Below are positions 21,486 through 31,726 of a stretch of DNA of 64,000 nucleotides, one piece after another. The notes beneath the pieces were generated by a model that was not told where the DNA came from, did no database searches, and saw nothing but the letters and a program-made list of their open reading frames with translations. The stretch covers positions 1,248,001-1,312,000 of the forward strand of contig CAVUDP010000001.1 in NCBI GenBank assembly GCA_963740315.1, in the 5' to 3' direction. Each line of letters starts with the position of its first letter. The stretch's first letter is position 1. The translations under genes were made by a program, and so were the position numbers. This stretch comes from an uncultured cyanobacterium (GTDB lineage: Bacteria; Cyanobacteriota; Cyanobacteriia; Cyanobacteriales; Nostocaceae).

Positions 21486-21763
21486 TTGGGGATTGGGGAT
21501 GGGGAGAGGGGGAGATGGGGAGAGGGGGAGATGGGGAGATGGGGAGAGGGGGAGAGGGGGAGATGGGGAGATGGGGAGATGGGGAGATGGGGAGATGGGG
21601 AGAGGGGGAGATGGGGAGATGGGGAGATGGGGAGAGGGGGAGATGGGGAGATGGGGAGAGGGGGAGATGGGGAGAGGGGGAGAGGGGGAGATGGGGAGAT
21701 GGGGAGATGGGGAGAGGGGGAGATGGGGAGAGGGGGAGATGGGGAGAGGGGGAGATGGGGAGA
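21486..21763. repeat. Long G-rich octamer array (GGGGAGAT/GGGGAGAG), roughly 33 units
   Basis: Direct inspection; explains four low-complexity ORFs in the track. Confidence 0.95.
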
Positions 21764-21845
21764 AATAATATTCATAACTCCGGTGGTTTTAACTATCCCC
21801 ATTCACCGTAGGTGGGAGGTAGCCCAATGCCCAATACCCCATGCC

Positions 21846-22301
21846 CTATTCCCCATTTTTTATTCTTTCTTCTTGAATTAGCGTGCGTTTGAATACTCTA
21901 TTCTCTTTAAACCAATGCCAAGTACGGAAACGATGGTTGTTGCACGGACTAATATTAATCATTTCATACAAATAAGCATTGGGCATTCCTTTATAGGAAA
22001 ACCATAAAATAATCGTTGAATCATCAACTTCCCAAGCTTTTCCAATAATGCGATCGGTATCAAATATCAGCTTTTTATCTTGATAAGTTCCAGGGAATTG
22101 ATGTTCTTCTTGTTTGCCATCTGCCCAAGTATAACGATTGATTTGGTTATAAGAATAATCACTAGATTCAGGAAACTCACAGATTAAATGCGATTCATGC
22201 TTATCAATAATTTTTCCTTCACTGTCAACTACTGTATAAGTACCTTTCCACTCTCCTTGGTGACGAAAAAGTACCGGCATTCCTTCTTTAATATTTGACA
22301 T
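21846..22301 (-). CDS. Hypothetical beta-barrel protein (DUF3598/nitrobindin-like)
   Basis: N-terminal GEWKGTY motif typical of lipocalin/nitrobindin-like barrels; third gene of the nitrilase-ALDH unit. Confidence 0.6.
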   Translation of the reverse strand: MSNIKEGMPVLFRHQGEWKGTYTVVDSEGKIIDKHESHLICEFPESSDYSYNQINRYTWADGKQEEHQFPGTYQDKKLIFDTDRIIGKAWEVDDSTIILWFSYKGMPNAYLYEMINISPCNNHRFRTWHWFKENRVFKRTLIQEERIKNGE

Positions 22302-22414
22302 AATTATAAGTTAGGAGTTATGAGTTATGAGTTATTAATCAGTGTCATCAGTGTCATCCATTTAATCAGTGTTCGGAGTTAATTGATAACTGATAACTGT
22401 TCACTGTTCACTGA

Positions 22415-23827
22415 TTAAAACCACCAAGGATCGTAATTATCGTTAGTTTTAATCAAAAATGCTTTTTTCCGCATGAATCTTGTTAATGCTGATGCACCCA
22501 TGCGGGAACCTCCTAAACCAGAAAATTTAAAGGCGTTTTTCTCGGCTTCGTGCATCATGGCTGTTAAACCTGCATCGTTAATACTTATTGCACCGGCATC
22601 AATTTGACGCGCTATTTCTAATGCTTCATCTATCGATTCGGAAAATACCGCAGCGCTTAATCCATAATAGGTGTCGTTTGCTAATTCTATGGCTTCTTCT
22701 ACTGTAAAAAAGGACATGATTGGCATTATCGGACCAAATGTTTCTTCGTTCATTATCTTCATTTCGTGATTGACTTCCGTAATAACCGTCGGATGACACC
22801 ACCAACCACCACCGAATTCTTCTACTTCTCCACCACTGTGAATTATGGCTCCTTTTGCTACTGCATCTTTTAAATGTTCGCTGATAATTGCTGCTTGTCT
22901 TTCGGAAATAATTGGACCGATTTCTCCACTTTCTAAAGTTGGATAAGCAAGGTTTAACTTATGTGCTTTGGCTACAATTTTATGATAAAACTCTTCATAA
23001 ATATCTTTAGCTACATAAATTCTTTCTATTGATAAACATGACTGTCCGCTATTGACTACAGAACCCCATAATAAAGCTGAAGTTGCTAACTCTATATCTG
23101 CTGATTCTAAAACAATTGCTGGGTCTTTTCCTCCCAATTCTAAGAAAGCAGGAATGAAACGTTGTGCGGCAGCAATCGCAACTTGTTGTCCTGTCTCGAC
23201 ACTACCTGTAAAGCATACTAAGTCTACGTTTTCTACTACAGTTGCCCCTGTTTTACCATCTCCTTCGACAAAAGTCAATATCTCTCGTAGTTGCGGTACT
23301 GCGTTCACTGCATTCATTAGAGGTGCCATAAATCGCGGGGTAATTTCACTAGGTTTAACAATCACCGCACAACCCGCTAATAATGCAGGAACAGTATCAA
23401 TAGTTGATAATAATAAAGGAAAATTCCAAGGGCTGATAACGCCGACTAAAGAATAAGGTACTGCTGTTTGCTGCAAATTAATAAACGAAATTGAGGTTCC
23501 TTTTTCCGTGTCTTGCAACAACCTTGAACCTAAGCGGCACCATTTGTCAATACCCGAAAGAAACGAGTCAATTTCTAACTTGGACTCTCGAAATCTTCCC
23601 GTATCAATTACTAAAGCTTCTAATAAATTATCCTGGGTTGAATATATAGCATCCTTCCACTCTCGTAAAGCTTCAATTCGCCCATTTAAACCCAAATCAA
23701 ACCAGCTTTTTTGCGCTCTTCGCAAACGATTGCATTGCTGTATTAAAAGCTTTTCCGGGGGCGGTATAATTACATAATCATATTTTCCCGTGCGGGGATT
23801 GCGGATTTCGATTGGTTTGGACATCAC
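22415..23827 (-). CDS. Aldehyde dehydrogenase
   Basis: ISPWNFP, FTGS, LELGGKD (catalytic Glu), GQSC (catalytic Cys) and EETFGP. Confidence 0.95.
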   Translation of the reverse strand: MMSKPIEIRNPRTGKYDYVIIPPPEKLLIQQCNRLRRAQKSWFDLGLNGRIEALREWKDAIYSTQDNLLEALVIDTGRFRESKLEIDSFLSGIDKWCRLGSRLLQDTEKGTSISFINLQQTAVPYSLVGVISPWNFPLLLSTIDTVPALLAGCAVIVKPSEITPRFMAPLMNAVNAVPQLREILTFVEGDGKTGATVVENVDLVCFTGSVETGQQVAIAAAQRFIPAFLELGGKDPAIVLESADIELATSALLWGSVVNSGQSCLSIERIYVAKDIYEEFYHKIVAKAHKLNLAYPTLESGEIGPIISERQAAIISEHLKDAVAKGAIIHSGGEVEEFGGGWWCHPTVITEVNHEMKIMNEETFGPIMPIMSFFTVEEAIELANDTYYGLSAAVFSESIDEALEIARQIDAGAISINDAGLTAMMHEAEKNAFKFSGLGGSRMGASALTRFMRKKAFLIKTNDNYDPWWF

Positions 23828-23861
23828 AATTTTAGATTTTGGATTTTGGATTGTAAAAGTT

Positions 23862-24905
23862 TTATTCAGTATTACCTATGCCCATTTTTTCAATAACTTC
23901 CTGCTGTGTTTTAATAAAATGTTTACGTTCTATTTCGCCTTCTAACATGGTATTAGGTGGATATAATTTTGTTTGCGCGTAAGTTTCTGCGTAAAGTTCA
24001 AATCGCTGACGAGCAAGTAAGTTATTTAACCCCGGACGTTTTCTATAACGACGTAATGCAGCCAAATCTATTTGGGCAAAGGCTGCCATGCTTTCACCCG
24101 CACCCGTTTCTGACAGCACTATACCGCGATAATCGATGATTTTGGAACCTCCATCGACGGAGGCGGCGGGTATGGGGGTATTTACGATTCCGGCGGTATT
24201 TGAGGAAACTACGTAAACCATGTTTTCGACGGCGCGGGATATTTTGGCGGCTTGTTTGGGGGCTAATTCTTTACCGTAGACTTCTGATGTAGGATGTAAA
24301 ATTATCTCTGCTCCCCGGATTGTTAAACATCTGGCTACTTCGGGGAATAAAATTTCGTCGGATGCGATCGCTGCTAAGTTGCCGATTTCTGTTTTAGCTA
24401 CGGGAAAAACTCCTTCTAAACCGTAACAATCTAAATACTTATCCCAAACATCGTGGGGTGTGGGTGCAAACATCGAGTTTAATCGACGATAGCGTAATAT
24501 TATTGAGCCTGTGGGATCGATCGCAAAACAAGTTTGAAAGTATAATCCGGGAAAGTTGGGGTCTAATTCGTAGGCGTTTCCGGCAATAAATATACTATGC
24601 TTTTGAGCAATTTTACTTAAGGCTTCGTATTCTACACCCTGCATTTCTAAACAAGCTTTTTCTGCCCATGCATCGATTGATTCTCCCAAGGGGAAACCTG
24701 TAAGGAAGTATTCGGGCAATACTATTAAACGACAATCAGAACCAATAAAAGCAATGCTCGCGGCGATTTGTTGGCTTAAGCGTTCGATCGTATCAAGCAT
24801 CAATTCGCTGGCTTCTGAGCGGGTAGTTGCGCGGTTGACTGCATGACAAGTAACTTGCAGCGCTAAGGCAATAAATGATTCTGTTAAGTTGGTTTTGGCT
24901 ATCAT
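23862..24905 (-). CDS. Nitrilase/carbon-nitrogen hydrolase superfamily protein with a non-canonical catalytic triad
   Basis: LIVLPEY, YRRLNS, IASDEILFPE, RAVENMVYV and GGSKIID. Confidence 0.85.
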   Translation of the reverse strand: MIAKTNLTESFIALALQVTCHAVNRATTRSEASELMLDTIERLSQQIAASIAFIGSDCRLIVLPEYFLTGFPLGESIDAWAEKACLEMQGVEYEALSKIAQKHSIFIAGNAYELDPNFPGLYFQTCFAIDPTGSIILRYRRLNSMFAPTPHDVWDKYLDCYGLEGVFPVAKTEIGNLAAIASDEILFPEVARCLTIRGAEIILHPTSEVYGKELAPKQAAKISRAVENMVYVVSSNTAGIVNTPIPAASVDGGSKIIDYRGIVLSETGAGESMAAFAQIDLAALRRYRKRPGLNNLLARQRFELYAETYAQTKLYPPNTMLEGEIERKHFIKTQQEVIEKMGIGNTE

Positions 24906-25423
24906 GCCGATTTTATCTAACTTATATAATTATCAATACTGCTGTTATTTGAGCAGACATTGGGTTAGATGACAAGATTTTATTGTAAATAGTGGATGGG
25001 TAGAGGAGCCATTGCGTGGGGGAGACAACGGAGAAAAGAAGAGATGAGGTAGATTTTTAATCCAAAATCCCTTAGTTGTAACTCCTAATTCTTAATTCCA
25101 GCCTCAAATAAAAAAAAGACGAATTATTTCAAGTCATCCTTCCTTAGAGTGATTTATAATTTATTACTTTTTGCAAATTGAATGTATTGTATTAATGTAG
25201 TAAATTTAGCGATATATAGATTAAAAATTGACTTAAGTTAAAAATATAATTTAACGGCTAAATTTTTGCTTAATAATTTACGAATGGATAGCTAAAAGTT
25301 TAGCTGTTTAAAAAGTTTTACTAAAAAAAATCAGAAAACTGTAACATTCTCTTGACTAATTTTTTACTCTACAAAGAGCATAATCTCAAGCAGGAATGAT
25401 TAAAAGGATATAGGAAAAGGTTA

Positions 25424-28400
25424 ATGACACAAACACCTTCTGAAACCAGAGATTTTTTTATCATCGCGATTGGAGCCTCAGCCGGAGGTGTACAGGCTTT
25501 AGAAGCATTTTTTAGTAATTTACCAGATCATCCAGGTGCAGCTTTTGTAGTTATACAGCATTTGTCTCCCGACTATAAAAGCATGATGGCGGAAATCATT
25601 CAAAGAAAAACTCAATTACCCGTTCATGAAATTATCGATGGTACAATTATCGAACCAAGTCATGCTTACGTTTTGCCACCGGGTAAACTTGTAACTCTCA
25701 AAAACGGACAGTTACGTTTGGAAAAAAGAAATCGTTCTTTTGGTTATCCTGTCAATAAATTTTTTAAATCCGCAGCGCAACAATGGGGTGAAAAAGTAGT
25801 CGGTATTGTGCTATCGGGAACGGGAAATGATGGTACTGAAGGGTTAAAGACGATTAGCGAAGCGGGTGGTATTGGTTTGGTACAGTCACCCGAAACCGCT
25901 CAATTTAATTCTATGCCCAGTAGTGCGATTCCCAGCGGTTTAGTAGATGAAATTCTTTCTCCTCAAGATTTAGCTCGGACTGTTTTTGAATTAATTCGCT
26001 TTTCACAAAAAAATCCGTCTATTTCGCCGCAGGATATCACTTTAATTGATACAGATAGATTGCAGCAAATTTTAAATATTCTTGCCGAGCATGAAGATAT
26101 TGATTTTTCACATTATAAAATTAGTACTCTTGCCAGAAGGATACATCGACGTTGCGCTTTAACTAATAGCAGTGGTTTAAAAAACTATATTAGTTTATTA
26201 AAAGATTCGGAAGAAGAACAAAAATTATTACGCCAAGACTTACTTATTGGGGCTACCTGCTTTTTTCGCGATCGCCCTGCATGGGAATATATAGAAAACG
26301 AAATATTACCCTCAATTGTCGCTAATTTACAACCGCTACAGCAATTAAGAGTTTGGGTTTCAGCTTGCGCTACGGGGGAAGAAGCCTATACGATGGCAAT
26401 ACTGATTAACGAAGCGGTGGAGAAAAGCGGTAAATCGTTACATATCAAAGTATTCGCTACTGATGTAGACACCAACGCTTTAGAAGTTGCAGCCAGAGGT
26501 ATTTATCCCCAAAGCATCAATCATGATATATCTCCCGAACTTTTAGAAAAATACTTTGTCCATAATGGCGATCGCTATCAAGTAAAGCATTTTTTGCGGG
26601 AAATATTAATTATTGCACCGCACGATTTAACTAAAAATGCCGGTTTTTCTAAAATGCATATGATTAGCTGCCGCAACGTACTAATTTATATGCAGCCGCA
26701 TCTCCAGCAGCAAGTATTGCGACTGCTACATTTTGCGATCGCTCCTACTGGTATTCTATTTTCAGGTAGTTCGGAAACTTTGGGAGATTTAAACGAAGAA
26801 TTTATCCCCCTCAATTCCAAATGGAAAATTTTCCGTAAAAAACGAGATGTTTCCTTATCTCTTGCACCACTAACACGACAACCAATAATTACGCCGATTC
26901 CTTCCTATGTACGTGGAAAACCCAGACACAATCAATTTGATAAAGTATTAGGAGAAGTCTTTAATTACTGTTTGGCAGAAAGACAATTAACGTGTGTGAT
27001 GGTTAACCGTGAAAATCAAATGGTAAGAGTATTTCATAACTCTGCCAGATTGCTGGATTATCCAGTAGGTGAATCAATATTAGATATTGTCGAAATTATT
27101 CATCCCAGCTTAAAATTACCTTTATCTACAGCATTACACCGTGCTAAACGCGATGGAGAAATGCTGGTATATAACGGAATTAAATTTAATCGAGGTGAAG
27201 GAGAAGAAAGAGTCAGATTAAAAGTAGGTTCGGATACCAAAAGTAGCCAGATTGAAGAATTTTTGATTGTTGTATTAGAAGTTGAAAACGAAGTATCTTC
27301 GACAGCAGACAAGTCAGCACCGAGTTTTGAAATCGACAAGGAAGCCGCACAGCAAATTACCGAACTTCAATACGAATTACAGCAAACTCGCGAAAATCTT
27401 CAAGTAACCATTGAAGAACTTGAAACTACCAACGAAGAGCAGCAAGCAACCAACGAAGAACTTCTTGCTTCCAACGAAGAACTGCAAAGTACCAACGAAG
27501 AACTACAGTCAGTTAATGAAGAATTATATACGATTAACGCCGAATATCAATCCAAAATTCAAGAATTAACTCAACTAAATAACGACATTGACAACTTACT
27601 CCGCTCTACAGATATTGGAGTAGTATTCCTCGATCGCCAACTTAATATTCGCAAATTTACACCCGCAGCAACCCGCGCAATTAATATTAGAAATTCCGAT
27701 GTTGAACGTCCTTTAGCGCATTTTACCCATAATTTAGACTGCCCTAATTTAGTAGAAATAATTCAAAAAGTCGTTGATACTAAGAATATAAGCGAAGAAG
27801 AAGTTTGTATTACTTCAACTGGCGAACAATTATTAATGCGGGTTAATCCCTATCTGCGAGACAATGGCGCTAACGACGGTGTTGTGCTGACATTTGTAAA
27901 TATCGACGAACTCAAAAAGATACAGCAAGAGTTACATCAAGCTAACGCATTATTAGAAAATTTATACGCTACAAGTCCGGTAGGTTTAAGTTTACACGAC
28001 CAAGACTTGAAATATTTGCGGATTAACCAAGCTTTAGCCGACATCAACGGTTTATCGATTGAAGAGCATATAGGTAAAACTTTTAAAGAGTTATTACCCA
28101 ATTTAGCCGATAGGGTAGAATCAATTTTACATCAAGTGCTAGAAACTGGTAAACCAATTTGTAATCTTGAAATTCAAGGAATTACACCAGCAATTCCCCA
28201 AGTAGTACGATATTGGTATGCAAGTTATTATCCCGTAGATTTACTCGATGGCAAGCGGGGAGTAGGTACAGTAATCATAGAAATTACCGAACGCAAGCAT
28301 ATAGAAGAACAACTTTTGCGTCAAAATCAAGCTTTAGAAGATGCGATCGCAATTGCTCAAGCAGCAGATTCGGCTAACCAAGCTAAAAGCGAGTTTCTAG

Positions 28401-29503
28401 CAAACATCAGCCATGAAATCCGCACTCCGATGAATGCAGTATTGGGTGTGAGTCAATTATTAGAATACACCGATTTGAATCCCAGACAAAGTAGCCTATT
28501 AGTAAAACTGAGAAGCAATGGAGAAAGATTATTAGGAATTATCAACGATGTTCTCGATTTATCCAAAATTGAAGCTAGGGAACTGCGGTTAAATGAAGTC
28601 GCATTCAATTTAGATAGTCTCGGTGAAAATCTACTTCATTTGTTTGCAACTCAAGCTGAAGAGAAAGGACTTGAATTAACAATTGAAATTTCATCCGATG
28701 TTCCGATAAATTTAATCGGTGATGATTTTCGTCTGCAACAAGTATTAAGTAATTTAATCGGTAATGCCATTAAATTTACCGATATTGGAGAAGTATCAGT
28801 TAACATCAAAAGTGAAACTCAAGATACGGCTCAATCTTGGGTAAAACTAAATTTTAGCGTTACAGATACAGGTATTGGTATCGACCCAAATTTACAAGAA
28901 AATTTGTTTCAACCATTTACTCAAGCCGACGGTAGTACAACTCGTAAATATGGCGGTACTGGCTTAGGGCTAACAATTTGTAGGCGGATTATAGACTTAA
29001 TGGGAGGAGAAATCGGCGTTGAAACTCATCCGGGTTCCGGTTCTACATTTTGGTTTACGGTTAGCTTTGACTTAGCCGAAAATACCCTACAACCCGATTT
29101 ACAACCAATTCCAAAAGTAGATTTACCTAAAGCTAAAAACCTTAAAATACTATTAGTAGAAGATTACCCTGATAACTGCGACATTGTAATATTTATGCTT
29201 GAAGAATTGGGTTATGAAGCAGAAGTAGTCGGTGACGGACGACAAGCATTAAAAAAACTCGCGCAAAGCGACTACCACATAGTTTTTATGGACTGTCAAA
29301 TGCCCGTAATGGATGGTTACGAAGCCACCCGTCAATTGCGTGAAATAGAGGGAGAACAGCTTCATACTATAATTATCGGTTTAACTGCCAACGCCATGTA
29401 TGATGACAAAGAAAAATGTTTAGCTGCCGGTATGGATGATTACTTAAGTAAACCCGTGACGATCGAAGATTTGGAACGGGTTTTAGGAAGTTTTGAAGGA
29501 TAA
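25424..29503 (+). CDS. CheB-CheR-coiled coil-PAS-PAS hybrid histidine kinase with receiver
   Basis: CheB (GASAGG, QH, GNDG), CheR ([18 protein letters not shown]), H-box [16 protein letters not shown], and receiver MDCQMP. Confidence 0.95.
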   Translation: MTQTPSETRDFFIIAIGASAGGVQALEAFFSNLPDHPGAAFVVIQHLSPDYKSMMAEIIQRKTQLPVHEIIDGTIIEPSHAYVLPPGKLVTLKNGQLRLEKRNRSFGYPVNKFFKSAAQQWGEKVVGIVLSGTGNDGTEGLKTISEAGGIGLVQSPETAQFNSMPSSAIPSGLVDEILSPQDLARTVFELIRFSQKNPSISPQDITLIDTDRLQQILNILAEHEDIDFSHYKISTLARRIHRRCALTNSSGLKNYISLLKDSEEEQKLLRQDLLIGATCFFRDRPAWEYIENEILPSIVANLQPLQQLRVWVSACATGEEAYTMAILINEAVEKSGKSLHIKVFATDVDTNALEVAARGIYPQSINHDISPELLEKYFVHNGDRYQVKHFLREILIIAPHDLTKNAGFSKMHMISCRNVLIYMQPHLQQQVLRLLHFAIAPTGILFSGSSETLGDLNEEFIPLNSKWKIFRKKRDVSLSLAPLTRQPIITPIPSYVRGKPRHNQFDKVLGEVFNYCLAERQLTCVMVNRENQMVRVFHNSARLLDYPVGESILDIVEIIHPSLKLPLSTALHRAKRDGEMLVYNGIKFNRGEGEERVRLKVGSDTKSSQIEEFLIVVLEVENEVSSTADKSAPSFEIDKEAAQQITELQYELQQTRENLQVTIEELETTNEEQQATNEELLASNEELQSTNEELQSVNEELYTINAEYQSKIQELTQLNNDIDNLLRSTDIGVVFLDRQLNIRKFTPAATRAINIRNSDVERPLAHFTHNLDCPNLVEIIQKVVDTKNISEEEVCITSTGEQLLMRVNPYLRDNGANDGVVLTFVNIDELKKIQQELHQANALLENLYATSPVGLSLHDQDLKYLRINQALADINGLSIEEHIGKTFKELLPNLADRVESILHQVLETGKPICNLEIQGITPAIPQVVRYWYASYYPVDLLDGKRGVGTVIIEITERKHIEEQLLRQNQALEDAIAIAQAADSANQAKSEFLANISHEIRTPMNAVLGVSQLLEYTDLNPRQSSLLVKLRSNGERLLGIINDVLDLSKIEARELRLNEVAFNLDSLGENLLHLFATQAEEKGLELTIEISSDVPINLIGDDFRLQQVLSNLIGNAIKFTDIGEVSVNIKSETQDTAQSWVKLNFSVTDTGIGIDPNLQENLFQPFTQADGSTTRKYGGTGLGLTICRRIIDLMGGEIGVETHPGSGSTFWFTVSFDLAENTLQPDLQPIPKVDLPKAKNLKILLVEDYPDNCDIVIFMLEELGYEAEVVGDGRQALKKLAQSDYHIVFMDCQMPVMDGYEATRQLREIEGEQLHTIIIGLTANAMYDDKEKCLAAGMDDYLSKPVTIEDLERVLGSFEG

Positions 29504-29537
29504 TAATTAATTATTAGTTATCATTTATCAGTTATAA

Positions 29538-29680
29538 ATGTAGGTTGGGTTAGGCACATAAAAGATATTGTTTTCAACGAGTAGTTTAATTTTTTGCCGT
29601 AACCCAAAATTGGATTCTTCGTATATTAAAATAACTCAAATTCGACTAAACATAATGTTAGGTTACTAACACAACCTACA
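29538..29680. repeat. REP-like paired element (GTAGGTTGGGTT family)
   Basis: TGTAGGTTGGGTTAG ... CTAACACAACCTACA; same family as 1106-1289. Confidence 0.65.
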
Positions 29681-29705
29681 ATCTATAATCTATAGTTAAT
29701 TTTAA

Positions 29706-30191
29706 TTAGCTCCTGAAAACTGCTTTAGCCATTCCAACTTCTTCTACGCTTGTAGACTTGTTGTCCTTTTTGAATTCAAAACTTTTAGAAACTGGTCCGT
29801 GAAAAAACAAAGTCCATGCTTCTTTATCATCCTCAATCCAAATAGAATGGTATTTTTTAGCAGACCGAAAGATGATTGAACCTGGTCGATACCACTTTAC
29901 ACCATTATCAGTTCTCTCCCAATAACCACCTTTCAAAATAATACTAATATTGAACCAAGGATGATTATGTAATACTCCCTTGTACCATTCCGGACGATCC
30001 ATAATGTGATTCAATGTCAGATTAAACCACTTATTGCTAGGAAATAATATAAAATGTGTATCTTGCCGAGGTTCTTTCTGTTCTTTATCGTTATAAGCTG
30101 TTAAGCAAGGTCGAGATTCTAGATATTTTTGGAAAATTTTGCTAATCATACAATTAATCTCATAAAAAATACTTTTTCCAGACTGAATCAA
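29706..30191 (-). CDS. Hypothetical cupin-fold protein
   Basis: LHNHPW...ILKGGYWE...FRSAKKYH...WTLFFHGP matches a cupin metal motif (HxH...E...H). Confidence 0.65.
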   Translation of the reverse strand: MIQSGKSIFYEINCMISKIFQKYLESRPCLTAYNDKEQKEPRQDTHFILFPSNKWFNLTLNHIMDRPEWYKGVLHNHPWFNISIILKGGYWERTDNGVKWYRPGSIIFRSAKKYHSIWIEDDKEAWTLFFHGPVSKSFEFKKDNKSTSVEEVGMAKAVFRS

Positions 30192-30308
30192 TTATAGTTT
30201 TATTTCAAGCTATGTAATACACAAAACCAAGATAAAATATATTAATAATTATTACATTTCTAGATATGAAGTGAATTGGCTAAAAATTTCTCGTTTGATT
30301 TTTTTACT

Positions 30309-30521
30309 TTACTTATCCAGCCTGATTAATAAGTCATAATTATGAGTGAAATCTTCTTCCGTTACAAGGAAAGTTAACTTAACTGTTTTCGCAGTGAAAT
30401 TTACTTGAATGCATTCACAATTAAAATGAATCTTGAGTCGGCGCGAGCCATATTTTTGAGTTAACTTTTCTAAAAGCAAAATTACTAAACTAGTGCGATC
30501 GAGAACACTCAGAAGTTTTTT
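30309..30521 (-). pseudogene. Internal fragment of an FAD-dependent monooxygenase (kynurenine-3-monooxygenase-like)
   Basis: Manual translation KKLLSVLDRTSLVILLLEKLTQKYGSRRLKIHFNCECIQVNFTAKTVK...FTHNYDLLIR resembles the segment leading into the YDLLIGADG motif, broken at the motif. No N- or C-terminal parts are nearby. Confidence 0.6.
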
Positions 30522-30565
30522 AACCGCGAGCAGGCAACAATATTATATTCCTAACTCCCTGACTC

Positions 30566-31207
30566 TTAACTCCTAACTCTCAAATACCTTCCTTTAGCAT
30601 TACCCAAAATCTCACCCCGCATGATAAATTCAAAATGAGCGAAGTCGTAACGCTCTTCTTTATTTATCATCAAAAACAAATTTTGCTGTTCTGATAAACC
30701 GTGCAAACCGTAACCACCGTAGAACATAAAAATTTTGAACGAACAAACACCATACTCCTCAAACAGCATTTGCATTTCATCAATATGCCCCTTAGCGATC
30801 GGTGCAAGGTGAAAGCCGTAATCTACAAAGAAATTACCTTGGGATAATTCTAAAACTTCCGGAAAAAAGTCTCGATAAGAGCCGCCTTTGTTTAAGTAAT
30901 ATTGCCCGGTACGGATGTAAGTTAAACTGCTGGTAACTCCTCCCATAGCAGCCGCTTTACTTTCGCTGAGTGCATCTTGGGATAAAGGTTGATAGATACC
31001 GACGTGCATATGAGAATCGACTATACCGGGGAATCCTAACAAGTTTTTAGCGTCGAATATTTCTTGCGTTTCCTCTGGTTTAATTTCCGGTGCAATATGG
31101 CTAAATTTACCGTTTATGATGCCAACATCCAGCTTTTCAATAGATTCTTGATTTGGACTTACTACGCGGACATTTTTGATAACTTTATCGAATATGGGAT
31201 CGGACAT
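30566..31207 (-). pseudogene. C-terminally truncated allantoinase/dihydropyrimidinase-like cyclic amidohydrolase
   Basis: PGIVDSHMH, AAAMGGVT and SFKIFM are present, but the ORF is only 213 aa against about 450-480 typical. Similarity ends at FEFIMRG, and the tail (LRVRS*) is read from a GAGTTAG repeat. Confidence 0.8.
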
Positions 31208-31366
31208 TTAGATTTTAGATTTTGGATTTTAGATTAAAAAAGTAGGTAAGCAGGGCACGAGTAAATATTATTAAAAGGCTACCATGTAGATAATGCCGTA
31301 ACGCACTATTGGACATTAAATTAAAATAGTAGGGTGTGTTACGGGAATCGTAAATATTATAAAGGA

Positions 31367-31529
31367 GAAATCCCAATTACCCCAGCTTTTATCGGTTCTT
31401 GCACTGGCGGAAAATTGTTTGATTTAGCCCAAGTCGCCATTAAAAAATCGTCGCGTTGCTGCTGGGGTAGATATGTTTGTAGTTGCCGCTTCTGTGGAAG
31501 TCAAACAGAAAGCGGAAGAATTAGACTAA
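31367..31529 (+). pseudogene. Frameshifted fragment of a homoaconitase / isopropylmalate dehydratase large subunit
   Basis: Frame 1 gives IPITPAFIGSCTGGKLFDLAQVA; a shifted frame continues LKNRRVAAGVDMFVVAASVEVKQKAEELD*. Both match the aconitase-family FIGSCT...LKGRKVA segment. Confidence 0.8.
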
Positions 31530-31726
31530 TTTTAAAATATGATTCAAATATCATTCCGGTTGCAATTTAGACAAAGCTAATTTATATAATCCCGGCTTTT
31601 CTTCTATATAAATACTTAATTTTGATTTATCGAGTTATATAAAATACCTTTCACATCTTCTCTCGTCTTTTTTATTCTCTACTCCCCTACTCCCTTTTTT
31701 TGATTTAACAACTAACAACTACCTCT

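Noticed and set aside
31334..31570. 78-aa ORF as an intact small protein
   Set aside because: Only the FIGSCTGG segment is meaningful, and homology continues in another frame, so it is a pseudogene fragment.
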